From positions 1-55,616 of the IMG/VR virus record IMGVR_UViG_3300028045_000018: DNA of 55,616 nt, one strand, 5' to 3'. The notes below the pieces were generated by a model, which did not search any database, was not told the DNA's origin, and worked only from the letters and a program-made list of their open reading frames with translations. Shown piece after piece: positions 8,091-18,060 of this stretch (position 1 is the first letter of the stretch; each line of letters starts with the position of its first letter). Made by a program: the position numbers and the translations under genes. This DNA comes from a virus (lineage: Duplodnaviria > Caudoviricetes).

Positions 8091-9047
8091 ATGAAAATAT
8101 TAGTAACTGGAGCAGCGGGTTTTATTGGCTCACATCTTTCTACAAGTTTAGTAGCTGAAGGAATTGAAGTAGTTGGGATTGATAATTTTGATCCGTTTTA
8201 CAGTAGAAAAGAAAAAGAAGCTAACATACAAGATCTTTTAGAAGCTGACAATTTTGAATTTGTCGAAACCAACATTTGTTGCCGAGGTCGTGCTGGATGT
8301 TGTGGAGTTTTTGGATCAACAGAGTTTGATGCAATCGTTCATTTAGCAGCTAAAGCCGGTGTTCGTCCAAGTATACAAGATCCTAGAGGTTATGTTGAAA
8401 CAAATATTCATGGCACAATCAATCTTTTAGAATCAGCTATTACTCAAAAAAAAGTTCCTAAATTTATATTCGCATCTAGTTCAAGTGTTTATGGGAACAA
8501 TCGTAAAGTTCCGTTTAGCGAGGATGATATAGTAGACTTTCCAATAAGTCCATACGCTGCGACTAAAAAAGCTGGGGAATTGATATGTCATACATATCAT
8601 CATCTTTATCAGATGCCTGTAACTTGTTTGCGTTTCTTTACTGTCTATGGACCTAAACAACGACCTGATTTAGCTATTAATAAATTTGCTAAATTGCTAT
8701 TAGCTAGACAATCTATAGAAAGATTTGGGGATGGGCATTCTAGTCGTGACTATACTTATATAGATGATATAGTTGATGGAATCAAATCCGCAATTGATAT
8801 GTGTAATGAATATCAAATAATTAATCTTGGTTCTAAAAATCCAATAACTTTAAATGATATGATTGAGACGATCAGTCAAGTTGTTGGACATCCTACTGTT
8901 ATATTAGATAGACCTATGCAACCAGGCGACGTAGACATTACATATGCTGACATTAGCAAGGCAGAACGATTACTTGGTTATCAGCCAAAAACATCATTTC
9001 TTCAAGGTGTAACCAATCAAGTAGAATGGCTAAAAAAGAATAAATAA
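8091..9047 (+). CDS. UDP-glucuronate 4-epimerase (extended SDR)
   Basis: VTGAAGFIG, HLAAKAGVR, YAATK, RFFTVYGP, QPGDV. Confidence 0.92.
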   Translation: MKILVTGAAGFIGSHLSTSLVAEGIEVVGIDNFDPFYSRKEKEANIQDLLEADNFEFVETNICCRGRAGCCGVFGSTEFDAIVHLAAKAGVRPSIQDPRGYVETNIHGTINLLESAITQKKVPKFIFASSSSVYGNNRKVPFSEDDIVDFPISPYAATKKAGELICHTYHHLYQMPVTCLRFFTVYGPKQRPDLAINKFAKLLLARQSIERFGDGHSSRDYTYIDDIVDGIKSAIDMCNEYQIINLGSKNPITLNDMIETISQVVGHPTVILDRPMQPGDVDITYADISKAERLLGYQPKTSFLQGVTNQVEWLKKNK

Positions 9048-9083
9048 TTGGTAATGTGACAACAAAAATGGTATAATGCCTTG

Positions 9084-9452
9084 ATGAAATCAGGAATGTT
9101 AGGACTTACAGTATTGACTTTGGCTCTTATCGCTTTTGTTGCTTCTGCGGCATTCGAAATCAATATTAAGACTAAAAAAACGGCAAAAATACAAAGGAAA
9201 AGTTATGGATTCATCGAATTAAAGGTAGACAAAATACATACGAATAAGGGATTACTTGTCTTAAAAGGGAAAGAACAAGATTACCATATAAACCCTCAAC
9301 GTATTCATACAATAGTAAGCTATAAAACCGAAGATGGAAAGAATAAAAAAGGCGTAGAAATAGGAATTTCAAATACGTCTGGTTTTATAATAACAAACAT
9401 TGACATTGATTCAGTTTTAAAGAATTATGAACAATGTCAAAACATTAAATAA
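9084..9452 (+). CDS. Secreted or membrane-anchored hypothetical protein
   Basis: N-terminal hydrophobic signal; class A promoter 9055-9077. Confidence 0.6.
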   Translation: MKSGMLGLTVLTLALIAFVASAAFEINIKTKKTAKIQRKSYGFIELKVDKIHTNKGLLVLKGKEQDYHINPQRIHTIVSYKTEDGKNKKGVEIGISNTSGFIITNIDIDSVLKNYEQCQNIK

Positions 9453-9462
9453 AGAGAGAACG

Positions 9463-10005
9463 ATGTCAATAAAGCCTAAAAATGGTGATAAGACCTCTAC
9501 CAAAACTGTCGATGTTGAGGTTGTTAATACGTTAGATGATAGTCGTAGAAAGCATCTTAGTGCTTTAATTAGGCATATTAAGTTGGTTCAAGATGCTGCT
9601 CAACTTATGGGCGAACGCTTAATAGAGGCTGGCGACCCAGAATTTGCCGTAATTCTTATTGCTAATAGTTTGTGCCATGATAAATCCAAATTTCATGGTA
9701 TAGAATGGAATCATTTAGTAAGAGAAGAAAACAAAGAATTGCTTCAAAAAGCGTTGGATCAGCATTATTGTACAAATGAGCATCATCCAGAATATTGGGG
9801 AGGTATCGCCGATATGCCTCGTATCTATATAGCTGAAATGGTTTGCGATATTTATGCGAGATCAGCAGAGCAAGGAACTGACCTTAGAGGATGGATTAAA
9901 GATGTTGCAGTTCCCAAGTATAACATGACTGTACGAAGTAAACCATATAGAATAATCAAAGAATTTCTTGATCTATTACTTGAAGAAAGATTCAAAAAGG
10001 TATAG
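9463..10005 (+). CDS. HD-like phosphohydrolase (DUF5662-like)
   Basis: HDKSK...HY..NEHHPEYW...EMVCD. Confidence 0.75.
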   Translation: MSIKPKNGDKTSTKTVDVEVVNTLDDSRRKHLSALIRHIKLVQDAAQLMGERLIEAGDPEFAVILIANSLCHDKSKFHGIEWNHLVREENKELLQKALDQHYCTNEHHPEYWGGIADMPRIYIAEMVCDIYARSAEQGTDLRGWIKDVAVPKYNMTVRSKPYRIIKEFLDLLLEERFKKV

Positions 10006-10007
10006 AA

Positions 10008-10247
10008 ATGAAAAATATAGACGAAGAATTACTTGAATATAAATGTGCTATTTATACAGAAACTTTTTCAGGCGAATTTAAGTATACTGTTTTTAGATAT
10101 GGGAACAATGGAATATCTCAATGGTTTAACGAAGAAATCGGCTTTGTAATGCACACAACAGTTTATATGGACAAATCAAGATCGTGGTACGATAACAGAC
10201 AAAAAGCTTATGACGCTGCAATTAAATGGCTTAAAAAAGAAGATTAA
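10008..10247 (+). CDS. Hypothetical protein
   Basis: Closely packed ORF. Confidence 0.6.
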   Translation: MKNIDEELLEYKCAIYTETFSGEFKYTVFRYGNNGISQWFNEEIGFVMHTTVYMDKSRSWYDNRQKAYDAAIKWLKKED

Positions 10248-10248
10248 A

Positions 10249-11091
10249 ATGAATACAAAAGTAACATGGCTTTTAGAAGATGCAGTATTCGAAGAAAACA
10301 TTGACACATTAAAAACCGAATTAACTCGACAGGGGATATCATTTGAGTCGATCAAACACATTCCGCTTGAAAGTGACAAGTATAAAAATCCAAAAGGGGT
10401 TGATAATAACGGTTGTGTTTTGGTTTATGGGAGTCTCAATTTAATGAGACAACTTCTGAGAGAAAAATCTTGGATTCCATGTGGATACTGTACACTCAAA
10501 AACTTTGAATGTTCAAAATATTATACTTACTTTGGCAAATTTTTATTAAACCAAGACTATATGATGATCCCTGCTTTGGAACTATTAAGGCAAAAAGAAT
10601 TTATATACGATAAGATGGGCGTTGATGGATGTATTTTCGTCCGACCAAGTAGCGGGTTTAAAGAGTTTGCTGGTGCGACAGTTCCTTTTGAAGATATGAA
10701 TAAAAATACGTTAGGGTTCGGTTTTTATCATGAAAACCCTGAACTTTTAACTGTTGTGACAACTTCGAAAATCATCACAAAAGAATGGCGATTTGTTGTT
10801 GCTAAAAAGAAAGTAATTACAGGTAGTCAATATAGACTAGGAAAAGACGTAGAACCAGAACTGGTAGAAACAACATGTGAAGCTGCATTATATGCTCAGA
10901 GCATAGTAGACGCAGTAGAATGGGAACCTGACCCAATATATACTTTGGATGTTTGTGAAAGTAATGGCGAATTATTTTTACTTGAATTAAATGGTTTTAG
11001 TACATCAGGATTGTATGACTGCGACTTAGAAATTATTGTACGAGTTGCTTCCAAAATGGCAGAAGAAGATTGGGCAAACACTCATGGATAA
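10249..11091 (+). CDS. ATP-grasp protein (DUF4343/R2K-like)
   Basis: FVRPSSGFKEFAG...EWRFVV...YTLDVC...LLELN. Confidence 0.8.
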   Translation: MNTKVTWLLEDAVFEENIDTLKTELTRQGISFESIKHIPLESDKYKNPKGVDNNGCVLVYGSLNLMRQLLREKSWIPCGYCTLKNFECSKYYTYFGKFLLNQDYMMIPALELLRQKEFIYDKMGVDGCIFVRPSSGFKEFAGATVPFEDMNKNTLGFGFYHENPELLTVVTTSKIITKEWRFVVAKKKVITGSQYRLGKDVEPELVETTCEAALYAQSIVDAVEWEPDPIYTLDVCESNGELFLLELNGFSTSGLYDCDLEIIVRVASKMAEEDWANTHG

Positions 11092-11094
11092 ATC

Positions 11095-11364
11095 ATGATT
11101 TGTTCTTTATGCGAATTTGATTGTGAAAGGTATACAGAGCATCATCTTATACCAAAAACGGTCCATTCGAATAAGTGGTTTAAGAAACGATATACTAGAG
11201 AGCAGATGAGCGAGACGACACCTGTTTGTAGGGAATGTCATCACGCAATACATGATTTGATTCCTAGCGAAAAAGACCTTGGTCGTAAGTACAATAGTAT
11301 ACAAGACCTTAAGTCAAACGCTAAAATTAAAAAATATTTAAAGTGGATGAAAAGAAAATCATAG
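11095..11364 (+). CDS. Small HNH-fold protein
   Basis: CSLC...TEHHLIP...VCRECHHAIH. Confidence 0.8.
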   Translation: MICSLCEFDCERYTEHHLIPKTVHSNKWFKKRYTREQMSETTPVCRECHHAIHDLIPSEKDLGRKYNSIQDLKSNAKIKKYLKWMKRKS

Positions 11365-11368
11365 AAAA

Positions 11369-11605
11369 ATGACGAAACAAACATATACACAAACAATGGA
11401 CATGGCTATGGCAAAGAATCTAGGATCTATAAAAAGAGATGGGTTGAAAATCTTTCTCCATTCTGGAGAAGAGATATTCGTATGCTTTGCCTCAAAGAAA
11501 ACTGTTTATGTCAGCGATCCTAAAGACGTAGAAGAATTAGGTCGTTGGTTAGTTAAAGCAGCTAGTGCCATGAAAAAAGAGAAAAGGATAAAAAACAAAA
11601 AATGA
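11369..11605 (+). CDS. Hypothetical protein
   Basis: Coupled ORF. Confidence 0.55.
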   Translation: MTKQTYTQTMDMAMAKNLGSIKRDGLKIFLHSGEEIFVCFASKKTVYVSDPKDVEELGRWLVKAASAMKKEKRIKNKK

Positions 11606-12396
11606 AAACATTTGAATCTATATTTACAACAGAGAACGCTGCAAAAGTCGCACAATCTATACTTAAGAGCATGGACGATGAAGAAACAATAGTAGACTAT
11701 GATTTCCGCTTCCAACAAGGCGAGTTTGTCAGCGACGATATAAATACTTGGATTAAGTTTGATACTGATAAGTATCCTCTATTACAAGCGATGCTTGAGA
11801 CTCTTATGGACGAAGAGATAGAACCTACAAAAGAAAGAGTTGATTTATTTACTAAATTTAGAGAAGAGATTTGTGGTTTTTTAGCTGGAGAACTCAAAGC
11901 TCAAGTTTCTAACAAATTGAGAGAATGTGTCTTCGGAGGTAAGATAGACGCGGATATGTGTCCTATCAAAAAAATCAAAGTTATTAGTTTCGATTTGGCA
12001 GATGTCCCTGATAGTGCTAAATATCTTTTAGTTGTTAAAAAAGAACAGCCTAAAGACAATATTGCTCCGTCTGTTTCTAAAGATCTTTATGATTACCTAC
12101 ATACTCTTGATGATGAACAAGATTTTGTTTATACTGTCGAAGATGAAAATGGTGAGACTGTAGAAACAAACGTACCAGAAGATAACGAAAAAATGACTAA
12201 AGAAGAGATAGAACAAAAATTAAATGATTTTATCTCAGAAAAACGAGATTGTGACTCAAAATTCAAGTATATTAAAGAGGTTAAATTAAAGAAGGCATTC
12301 TTCGAATGTCAGGTCGAGTTATTCGCGGATTATACCATGCTAAAGCCAGAAGATATAAATACTTCTGGCGGAATCGAAAATATCCCCGATTTTTAA
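11602..12396 (+). CDS. Acidic hypothetical protein
   Basis: 264-aa ORF, ATGA-type coupling. Confidence 0.7.
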   Translation: MKTFESIFTTENAAKVAQSILKSMDDEETIVDYDFRFQQGEFVSDDINTWIKFDTDKYPLLQAMLETLMDEEIEPTKERVDLFTKFREEICGFLAGELKAQVSNKLRECVFGGKIDADMCPIKKIKVISFDLADVPDSAKYLLVVKKEQPKDNIAPSVSKDLYDYLHTLDDEQDFVYTVEDENGETVETNVPEDNEKMTKEEIEQKLNDFISEKRDCDSKFKYIKEVKLKKAFFECQVELFADYTMLKPEDINTSGGIENIPDF

Positions 12397-12427
12397 ACAA
12401 TTTACAATAGATGCAGAAAGGTAAACG

Positions 12428-12868
12428 ATGAAAATAAGAAATGGATTTGTAAGCAACAGTTCTAGTAGCTCTTTTTGTATTATGGGAGTTACTACATCAG
12501 AAAGCGAACTATTGCCGTTATATTTGAAAGCGATGGGCAAAGATGCTTCTGCCACTATCGAACCAGGTTGTAGTTGCGACATAGATAGAGATGCTATGAA
12601 GGAGCAAGGTTATAGCTTCTGTCCTAAATGTCAGAGCAAACTTTTTGTTGAAATAGAACCAGACGAAGAGTTATACGAAATGTGCGAAGCATTAGATCTA
12701 GACTACGCTTCCGAAGAATACGGAGACGCTTATGTTGGTATCAGTCTAAAATCAGGCAAAAACGTAGAAGGCGTAATCGAAGAACTTAGAAAAGCAGAAA
12801 AGAAATTGAAAGAACTATTTGGTGATGATGCAGACATCAGGGTACATTCTGGTGTTACATACGGATAA
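12428..12868 (+). CDS. GFVSNSSS-motif protein (orphan copy), CxxC zinc site
   Basis: Begins MKIRNGFVSNSSSSSF; CPKC. Confidence 0.85.
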   Translation: MKIRNGFVSNSSSSSFCIMGVTTSESELLPLYLKAMGKDASATIEPGCSCDIDRDAMKEQGYSFCPKCQSKLFVEIEPDEELYEMCEALDLDYASEEYGDAYVGISLKSGKNVEGVIEELRKAEKKLKELFGDDADIRVHSGVTYG

Positions 12869-12885
12869 ACTAGAGGAAGAATAAG

Positions 12886-13938
12886 ATGTCTATTTTAATT
12901 GTAAAAGTTTGTAAAATCAAAGAAGTCAAACCATTAACGAATGCCGACAAATTAGAGCTTTGTGTGGTAAACGGATGGCAATGTGTAATTCCTAAAGGGA
13001 AATATCAAACGAATGATTTGATCGTTTATTTCCCTCCTGATACTGCACTCCCAGAGACAGTAACAGACGAGATGGGGGTCTCAAATTATTGTCAAAGAAC
13101 AGATCAAGGAATGCGTATTCGTCAAGTTAGACTTCGTGGAGAACCTTCTTTCGGATTGATCGTTGATCTTCCAGACAACGTTGATTGGAAAGAAGGAGAT
13201 GCTGTTGACGAGCATTACGATGCTAAGAAATATGAGCCTCCCGTTAAAGGTCATGGTGGAGACATTCTTGGAACCAATCATGCTTTGTTTGACAAGTTCA
13301 CTGATATCCAAAATCTTCGAAACTTCGTTGATGTTTTCGAGGACGGAGAGGATATCGTTGCCACTGAGAAGTTGCATGGAACACAAGTTAGAGGTTGCAT
13401 GATCCAAGATGAGAGCGAGGGAGAGTTACTTTTCTTCGGCTCTAAACAGCATCCTCGTAAAAGACCTGAGACTGATACAGAAATGAAGTCTCATTTGTAT
13501 TGGCTCCCTTATAGCTATCAAAGCGTAAAGGATATGTTTGAAGGTCTTAAAAAAGATCACAAAGTTATCGAGATTTACGGCGAGACATATGGAAGAGTTC
13601 AGTCTCTTAGATACGGTATCAATGGACTTGCTTTTCGTTGTTTTGGTTTAAAGCTTGATGGAAGATATGTTGACTTTGATGATAGAGTCAGCATTTGTGA
13701 GAAGTATGGCGTTCCAATGGTTCCTGTGCTTTACAGAGGACCGTACAGCCTCGAAAAGATCAAAGAGGTTAGCGAAGGTAACACTACAGTCGCTGATATC
13801 GATCAGATTCGAGAAGGAACGGTTGTACAACCTGTCAAAGAGCGAACTCATCCTTCTATTGGAAGGTGTATCTTAAAATATGTGTCTGATACATATCTGA
13901 TGGGCAAACATGCAGAAAGGGACACTACCGATGCTTGA
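12886..13938 (+). CDS. RNA ligase, DRB0094/Rnl2-type with N-terminal OB-like domain
   Basis: NADKLELC..NGWQCV, motif I TEKLHGT, YGE, REGTVV, ILKY. Confidence 0.88.
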   Translation: MSILIVKVCKIKEVKPLTNADKLELCVVNGWQCVIPKGKYQTNDLIVYFPPDTALPETVTDEMGVSNYCQRTDQGMRIRQVRLRGEPSFGLIVDLPDNVDWKEGDAVDEHYDAKKYEPPVKGHGGDILGTNHALFDKFTDIQNLRNFVDVFEDGEDIVATEKLHGTQVRGCMIQDESEGELLFFGSKQHPRKRPETDTEMKSHLYWLPYSYQSVKDMFEGLKKDHKVIEIYGETYGRVQSLRYGINGLAFRCFGLKLDGRYVDFDDRVSICEKYGVPMVPVLYRGPYSLEKIKEVSEGNTTVADIDQIREGTVVQPVKERTHPSIGRCILKYVSDTYLMGKHAERDTTDA

Positions 13939-14566
13939 TCATGAAAAAGCTGATAAAGCTTGTAAAAAAATTAGGTCTAGTCTCCGTCGATGTAGTAACT
14001 CGTTATGGGAAGTAGAAAAGTTCGAAGTAACGAATAATGATAGTGAATCCTATAACTCTCATGAAGTTATAAGTGGGCTACAAGGAGGTTCTGTTCGTTG
14101 TGTTGAACCTGGGACATATACTAGACTTATTAGATTGCCCAATACGACTGTAATGAGTGATACCCCTGCTGAAACCTCAGACCTTTTCTCCTTGGCTCAA
14201 AACGCAAGGGGAAAAGTTCTGATAGCAGGATTGGGTCTTGGCATCGCTATCGACCTTATCATGCAAGATAAAGAAGTTGAACATGTAACTGTTATTGAAA
14301 TTTCCCAAGAGATTATCGATCTTGTTGGTGATCATTTTAAAGACAAATATAAAGATAGACTTACAATTATCAATGCCGACATATTAGAATGGAAAGCCCC
14401 TAAAGATGCTTACTATGACTATTGTTGGTTTGACATTTGGGATAATATCTGCACAGACAACTTGAAAGATATGACAAAACTTAAACGAAAATATGCAAAG
14501 AAAGCGGAGCGTAAAGGTTTTTGGGCAGAAGTTGAATGTCTAAGAGCTAAACGCAGATGGGGCTAA
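13931..14566 (+). CDS. Class I SAM-dependent methyltransferase (spermidine synthase-like fold)
   Basis: MSDTPAE...VLIAGLGLG...VTVIE...ADI...DIW. Confidence 0.8.
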   Translation: MLDHEKADKACKKIRSSLRRCSNSLWEVEKFEVTNNDSESYNSHEVISGLQGGSVRCVEPGTYTRLIRLPNTTVMSDTPAETSDLFSLAQNARGKVLIAGLGLGIAIDLIMQDKEVEHVTVIEISQEIIDLVGDHFKDKYKDRLTIINADILEWKAPKDAYYDYCWFDIWDNICTDNLKDMTKLKRKYAKKAERKGFWAEVECLRAKRRWG

Positions 14567-14567
14567 A

Positions 14568-14774
14568 ATGAAAATGATAATGAGAATAAACGCTCTTGCA
14601 GTCATAAAGTCTTTTAAAAATGTAACTCCCATATCTAGCTGTTGGAACGAAAAAAAATATAGTCCTCATTCTGTCATAAATAATTGGGTAAATACTCATT
14701 CTTCGTGTCGTTTTTGGTGGGACAATAATTCTCTAACCAGGCTTGCAACATATCATTCTATATGTTTTAAATAA
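14568..14774 (+). CDS. Small MKMIMR-family protein
   Basis: Begins MKMIMRI; first 18 nt identical to gene 3622. Confidence 0.55.
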   Translation: MKMIMRINALAVIKSFKNVTPISSCWNEKKYSPHSVINNWVNTHSSCRFWWDNNSLTRLATYHSICFK

Positions 14775-14775
14775 A

Positions 14776-15576
14776 ATGGATATAATTAAAAAAAGTAAAT
14801 TTCTAAGTCTAATTTTAAGACATAAACCAGAAACAGTCGATCTTACATTGGACTCTGCTGGTTGGGCAAGAGTTAGTGAGGTTCTTGTTAAATGCAATAT
14901 GTCTATGTTGGATCTTGAAGTTGTAGTTGAGCAAAATAACAAAAAGAGATTTGAGTTTAATGAGGATAGAACTAAGATAAGGGCATCTCAAGGACATAGT
15001 GTTGATGTAGATTTAGAATATACTCCTACGTTACCACCTGAACATCTTTTTCATGGAACTTCGAATAAAGCTATTTTTGAGATATTGATGAATGGCATAA
15101 AGAAAATGCAACGCAATCATGTTCATTTATCAGCAGAAAAACAAACAGCCATTGAGGTAGGAAGACGTAAAGGTAATCCATTCGTTTTAGTTATTGACGC
15201 ACAAAGAATGTATTTAGATGGTCATAGATTCTTTTTGTCAACTAATGGTGTATGGTTGACTGAATTTGTTCCTAAACAATATCTCCATGACGTAGACATG
15301 AAACAGTATTATCATGATGTTCATTGTAATGTGACAAGACACGAACCTATGGGTTGTGAAGGATGCTCTTGTTATATGACACAAAAATTAAATTCTGCCC
15401 AAACTAAAATTGCGGAACTACAAGCTCGTTTAGATAAAACAAAAGATTATTGGGTAAAACGTGAAGCAGACTCTACTTGGTTGTGTAAATGTGGAGTGAG
15501 AATAACTAGTGAAATAAACTATTGCCTGGAATGTTCAAGTATAAGATCCCACGATGCAAAGAAAGAGGAAGAATAA
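14776..15576 (+). CDS. kptA: RNA 2'-phosphotransferase Tpt1/KptA with Cys-rich C-terminal extension
   Basis: SKFLSLILRHKP, KKRF, IRASQGHS, LFHGT, HVHLS, NGVWL. Confidence 0.93.
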   Translation: MDIIKKSKFLSLILRHKPETVDLTLDSAGWARVSEVLVKCNMSMLDLEVVVEQNNKKRFEFNEDRTKIRASQGHSVDVDLEYTPTLPPEHLFHGTSNKAIFEILMNGIKKMQRNHVHLSAEKQTAIEVGRRKGNPFVLVIDAQRMYLDGHRFFLSTNGVWLTEFVPKQYLHDVDMKQYYHDVHCNVTRHEPMGCEGCSCYMTQKLNSAQTKIAELQARLDKTKDYWVKREADSTWLCKCGVRITSEINYCLECSSIRSHDAKKEEE

Positions 15577-16235
15577 TGCTTTACGCCTGTGCAGATTTAC
15601 ATTTTTCACATGAAAACATAATAAAATATTGTAATCGTTTTTTCTGTCTAACAGATTTAGAACGAGATACTATTTTATCTATTAAAGAGCGATGCCCTAA
15701 CGACAACAGAGCAGTAAGAGAGTTTAAAATCTCTCAAGAGTCTGTTGACAAGATGGATGATACTATTGTAGACAGAATTAATGCAGTTGTGAATCCTAAT
15801 GATACATTCTATATTCTTGGTGATTTTTGTTTTGCTAGGAAAGATTTTAGTATAGTAAAAAAATATAGAGACAGAATTAATTGTAAACATATTCATTTCA
15901 TCAAAGGTAATCATGATTATTTTAGTGACAGAGAATATAGAACGATATTCGAGTCTGTAGATCATTACAAAGAGGTCAATTTTAATAAGACTAAATTTGT
16001 GATGAGTCACTGGCCTATGGTCACTTGGAATAACTCTTTCCGAGGTTCTATTATGTTGCATGGTCATTGTCATTCAATGATAAACGATTGGAAAGACAAG
16101 CATATGCCTGGTTTACCTTTGATCGATGTTGGTTTCGATGAATGGGATGGACCTGTGTCGTTTGAATATATCATAGATGAAGCAAATAGGCTAAAAACTA
16201 CTGTTGCAGAGATTAAATATCCAGACATGCCTTGA
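15576..16235 (+). CDS. Calcineurin-like metallophosphoesterase
   Basis: ADLHFSH, LGD, GNHD, SHWP, LHGHCH. Confidence 0.9.
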   Translation: MLYACADLHFSHENIIKYCNRFFCLTDLERDTILSIKERCPNDNRAVREFKISQESVDKMDDTIVDRINAVVNPNDTFYILGDFCFARKDFSIVKKYRDRINCKHIHFIKGNHDYFSDREYRTIFESVDHYKEVNFNKTKFVMSHWPMVTWNNSFRGSIMLHGHCHSMINDWKDKHMPGLPLIDVGFDEWDGPVSFEYIIDEANRLKTTVAEIKYPDMP

Positions 16236-16245
16236 AAGGATTCTA

Positions 16246-16908
16246 ATGGACCGAACAATAGAACACAAAAAGAAATATGGAATATATGAATTAAATGCAT
16301 CTTTAGATGGAAAGAAGCTGTTTGATGAGACTAACAGTTACAACAAGGCTTTGAGTATATGTGAAGAACGACATAATGATTTTGTGTGTGGTCTTGATGG
16401 AACTAATGATAGTATAGGATATATATGTGTTATAGATCGTGATGGTAATATTATAGGGAATAAGAAAGTTCGTAAAATTATCAGGAATTTCTATCCTAAA
16501 ACAGATTATCATTTTCTGTCTAACTTTTTTGAATGCGATTTTAAATTCATGGGAGTTACGTATAAAACTTGCGAACATTACTTCCAAGCTGCTAAAGCGA
16601 CTAACGAAAAAAATGCTCAAAAGATAATAGACGCTAAAACTCCAGCAGATGCGAAGTCTTTAGGCAGAAAAATCGTAATTAGAAAAGATTGGGAAGATAT
16701 CAAAATTGACGTAATGAGATTTGCGTTGAGACTTAAATTCCAAGATAAAGTTTTAAAAGAATTACTTTTAGAAACTGGTGATGCTGAGCTAGAAGAAGGT
16801 AATCATTGGCAGGATTTGTATTGGGGTGTAAACGAATCTAGATATGGTGAAAACTGGCTTGGCAAATTATTGATGGAACTCAGAGAAAACATAAAAGATT
16901 GGGAGTAA
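16246..16908 (+). CDS. NADAR (YbiA-like) N-glycosidase with N-terminal extension
   Basis: FLSNF...TCEHYFQAAK...AK.LGR...KF...LLETG..ELEE...D.YWG...GENWLGKLLMELR. Confidence 0.9.
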   Translation: MDRTIEHKKKYGIYELNASLDGKKLFDETNSYNKALSICEERHNDFVCGLDGTNDSIGYICVIDRDGNIIGNKKVRKIIRNFYPKTDYHFLSNFFECDFKFMGVTYKTCEHYFQAAKATNEKNAQKIIDAKTPADAKSLGRKIVIRKDWEDIKIDVMRFALRLKFQDKVLKELLLETGDAELEEGNHWQDLYWGVNESRYGENWLGKLLMELRENIKDWE

Positions 16909-17099
16909 TGATGAATGAACCGTTACATAGTGTTGTATTCTCTGGTCCCATTTTTGGAGAAAGCGTAGACAACTTCAATGAATGGTTGGGAAAGCAAGAA
17001 GATTTACGTATAATAAATTGCGAGAGCAGTTTTAACAATTGGCGTTCAGACTGGGAACTAGTAGTCTTTTATCAATTTATTGAGAATAAAATGAAATAA
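16908..17099 (+). CDS. Hypothetical protein
   Basis: Coupled ORF with GGAG SD. Confidence 0.5.
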   Translation: MMNEPLHSVVFSGPIFGESVDNFNEWLGKQEDLRIINCESSFNNWRSDWELVVFYQFIENKMK

Positions 17100-17134
17100 T
17101 ATCCTAAAATTATTGGGAGTAAAGGAGTAAATTA

Positions 17135-17365
17135 ATGACAACAGAAATAAATAATCCAATCGAGAATATATGGTCGTGTGAAGTCGCATGCTTGGCAATA
17201 GGTCAGTGGTTTATGTACAATTCAATGCTTCACAGAGTTGTGGGTATTAAAAATGAGAATGCAGTATATGTTAATATGGAATCTGGTGTCAGTATTCTTA
17301 TCAAAGGATCAGATAAAGTACTGCAAGTTGATGCGACGATTGATGCAAAGTATAAAATGAAATAA
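17135..17365 (+). CDS. Hypothetical protein
   Basis: AAGGAG SD. Confidence 0.65.
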   Translation: MTTEINNPIENIWSCEVACLAIGQWFMYNSMLHRVVGIKNENAVYVNMESGVSILIKGSDKVLQVDATIDAKYKMK

Positions 17366-17390
17366 CTGAATTTTTTACTATAGGAGTAAT

Positions 17391-17780
17391 ATGAGTACGG
17401 AAAAATCTAAGATAACAGTAGCAGTTGATTTTGACGCAACATTGGCGAATTACGAAAGTTGGGATAAGCATGGAGCAAATCCAGGCGATCCTAGAGAAGA
17501 TGTTGTAGAAGGTCTACAGCGTTTAAAAGATAAAGGTTGGATCATAGGAATACATAGCACAAGAAATACAGAAGTAATAAAGAAATGGATCGTTAAACAT
17601 AATTTGTCAGAACTGATAGATTTCGTCAATGACAATCCTAATCAGCCAGAGGGCTGTTCATCTAAAGCTATTGCTTTTGCGTATATAGATGATAGAGGCG
17701 TTAGGTATGACGGAACAAACATGAGTAAGGTTGTTGATTCTATACTAGATGGAACAATGGAACCTTATTACAAGGAGTAA
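17391..17780 (+). CDS. Capless HAD-superfamily phosphatase
   Basis: VAVDFDATL...HSTR...K...YIDDR. Confidence 0.8.
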   Translation: MSTEKSKITVAVDFDATLANYESWDKHGANPGDPREDVVEGLQRLKDKGWIIGIHSTRNTEVIKKWIVKHNLSELIDFVNDNPNQPEGCSSKAIAFAYIDDRGVRYDGTNMSKVVDSILDGTMEPYYKE

Positions 17781-17782
17781 AA

Positions 17783-18049
17783 ATGGGCAGATATACAACT
17801 TATCAAGATTGTCCTGAATGTGGAACAAACGCTTGTTTTACATCTAAACGTGGTGTTACATATAAGAAGAAATGTGATACTTGCATAAAAAAAGAAATAG
17901 AGGCTAAAGCGAAAAAAGAAGAAGATGACCATATCGCAGAATTAGCAAAGCTACCGATTAGTAAACGTTTAGAACTAATAGAACGTTGGATGTATAACCA
18001 TAAAGATCATGGTTATGGTTCATCAAATGGATTTCTAACAAGGTTTTAA
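17783..18049 (+). CDS. Small Zn-ribbon protein
   Basis: CPEC...CDTC. Confidence 0.6.
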   Translation: MGRYTTYQDCPECGTNACFTSKRGVTYKKKCDTCIKKEIEAKAKKEEDDHIAELAKLPISKRLELIERWMYNHKDHGYGSSNGFLTRF

Positions 18050-18060
18050 AAGGAATAAAA

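Noticed and set aside
5649-9047. Assigning a specific host taxon from the sigma factor and epimerase
   Set aside because: This cannot be supported without homology searches; only a diderm host is weakly suggested.
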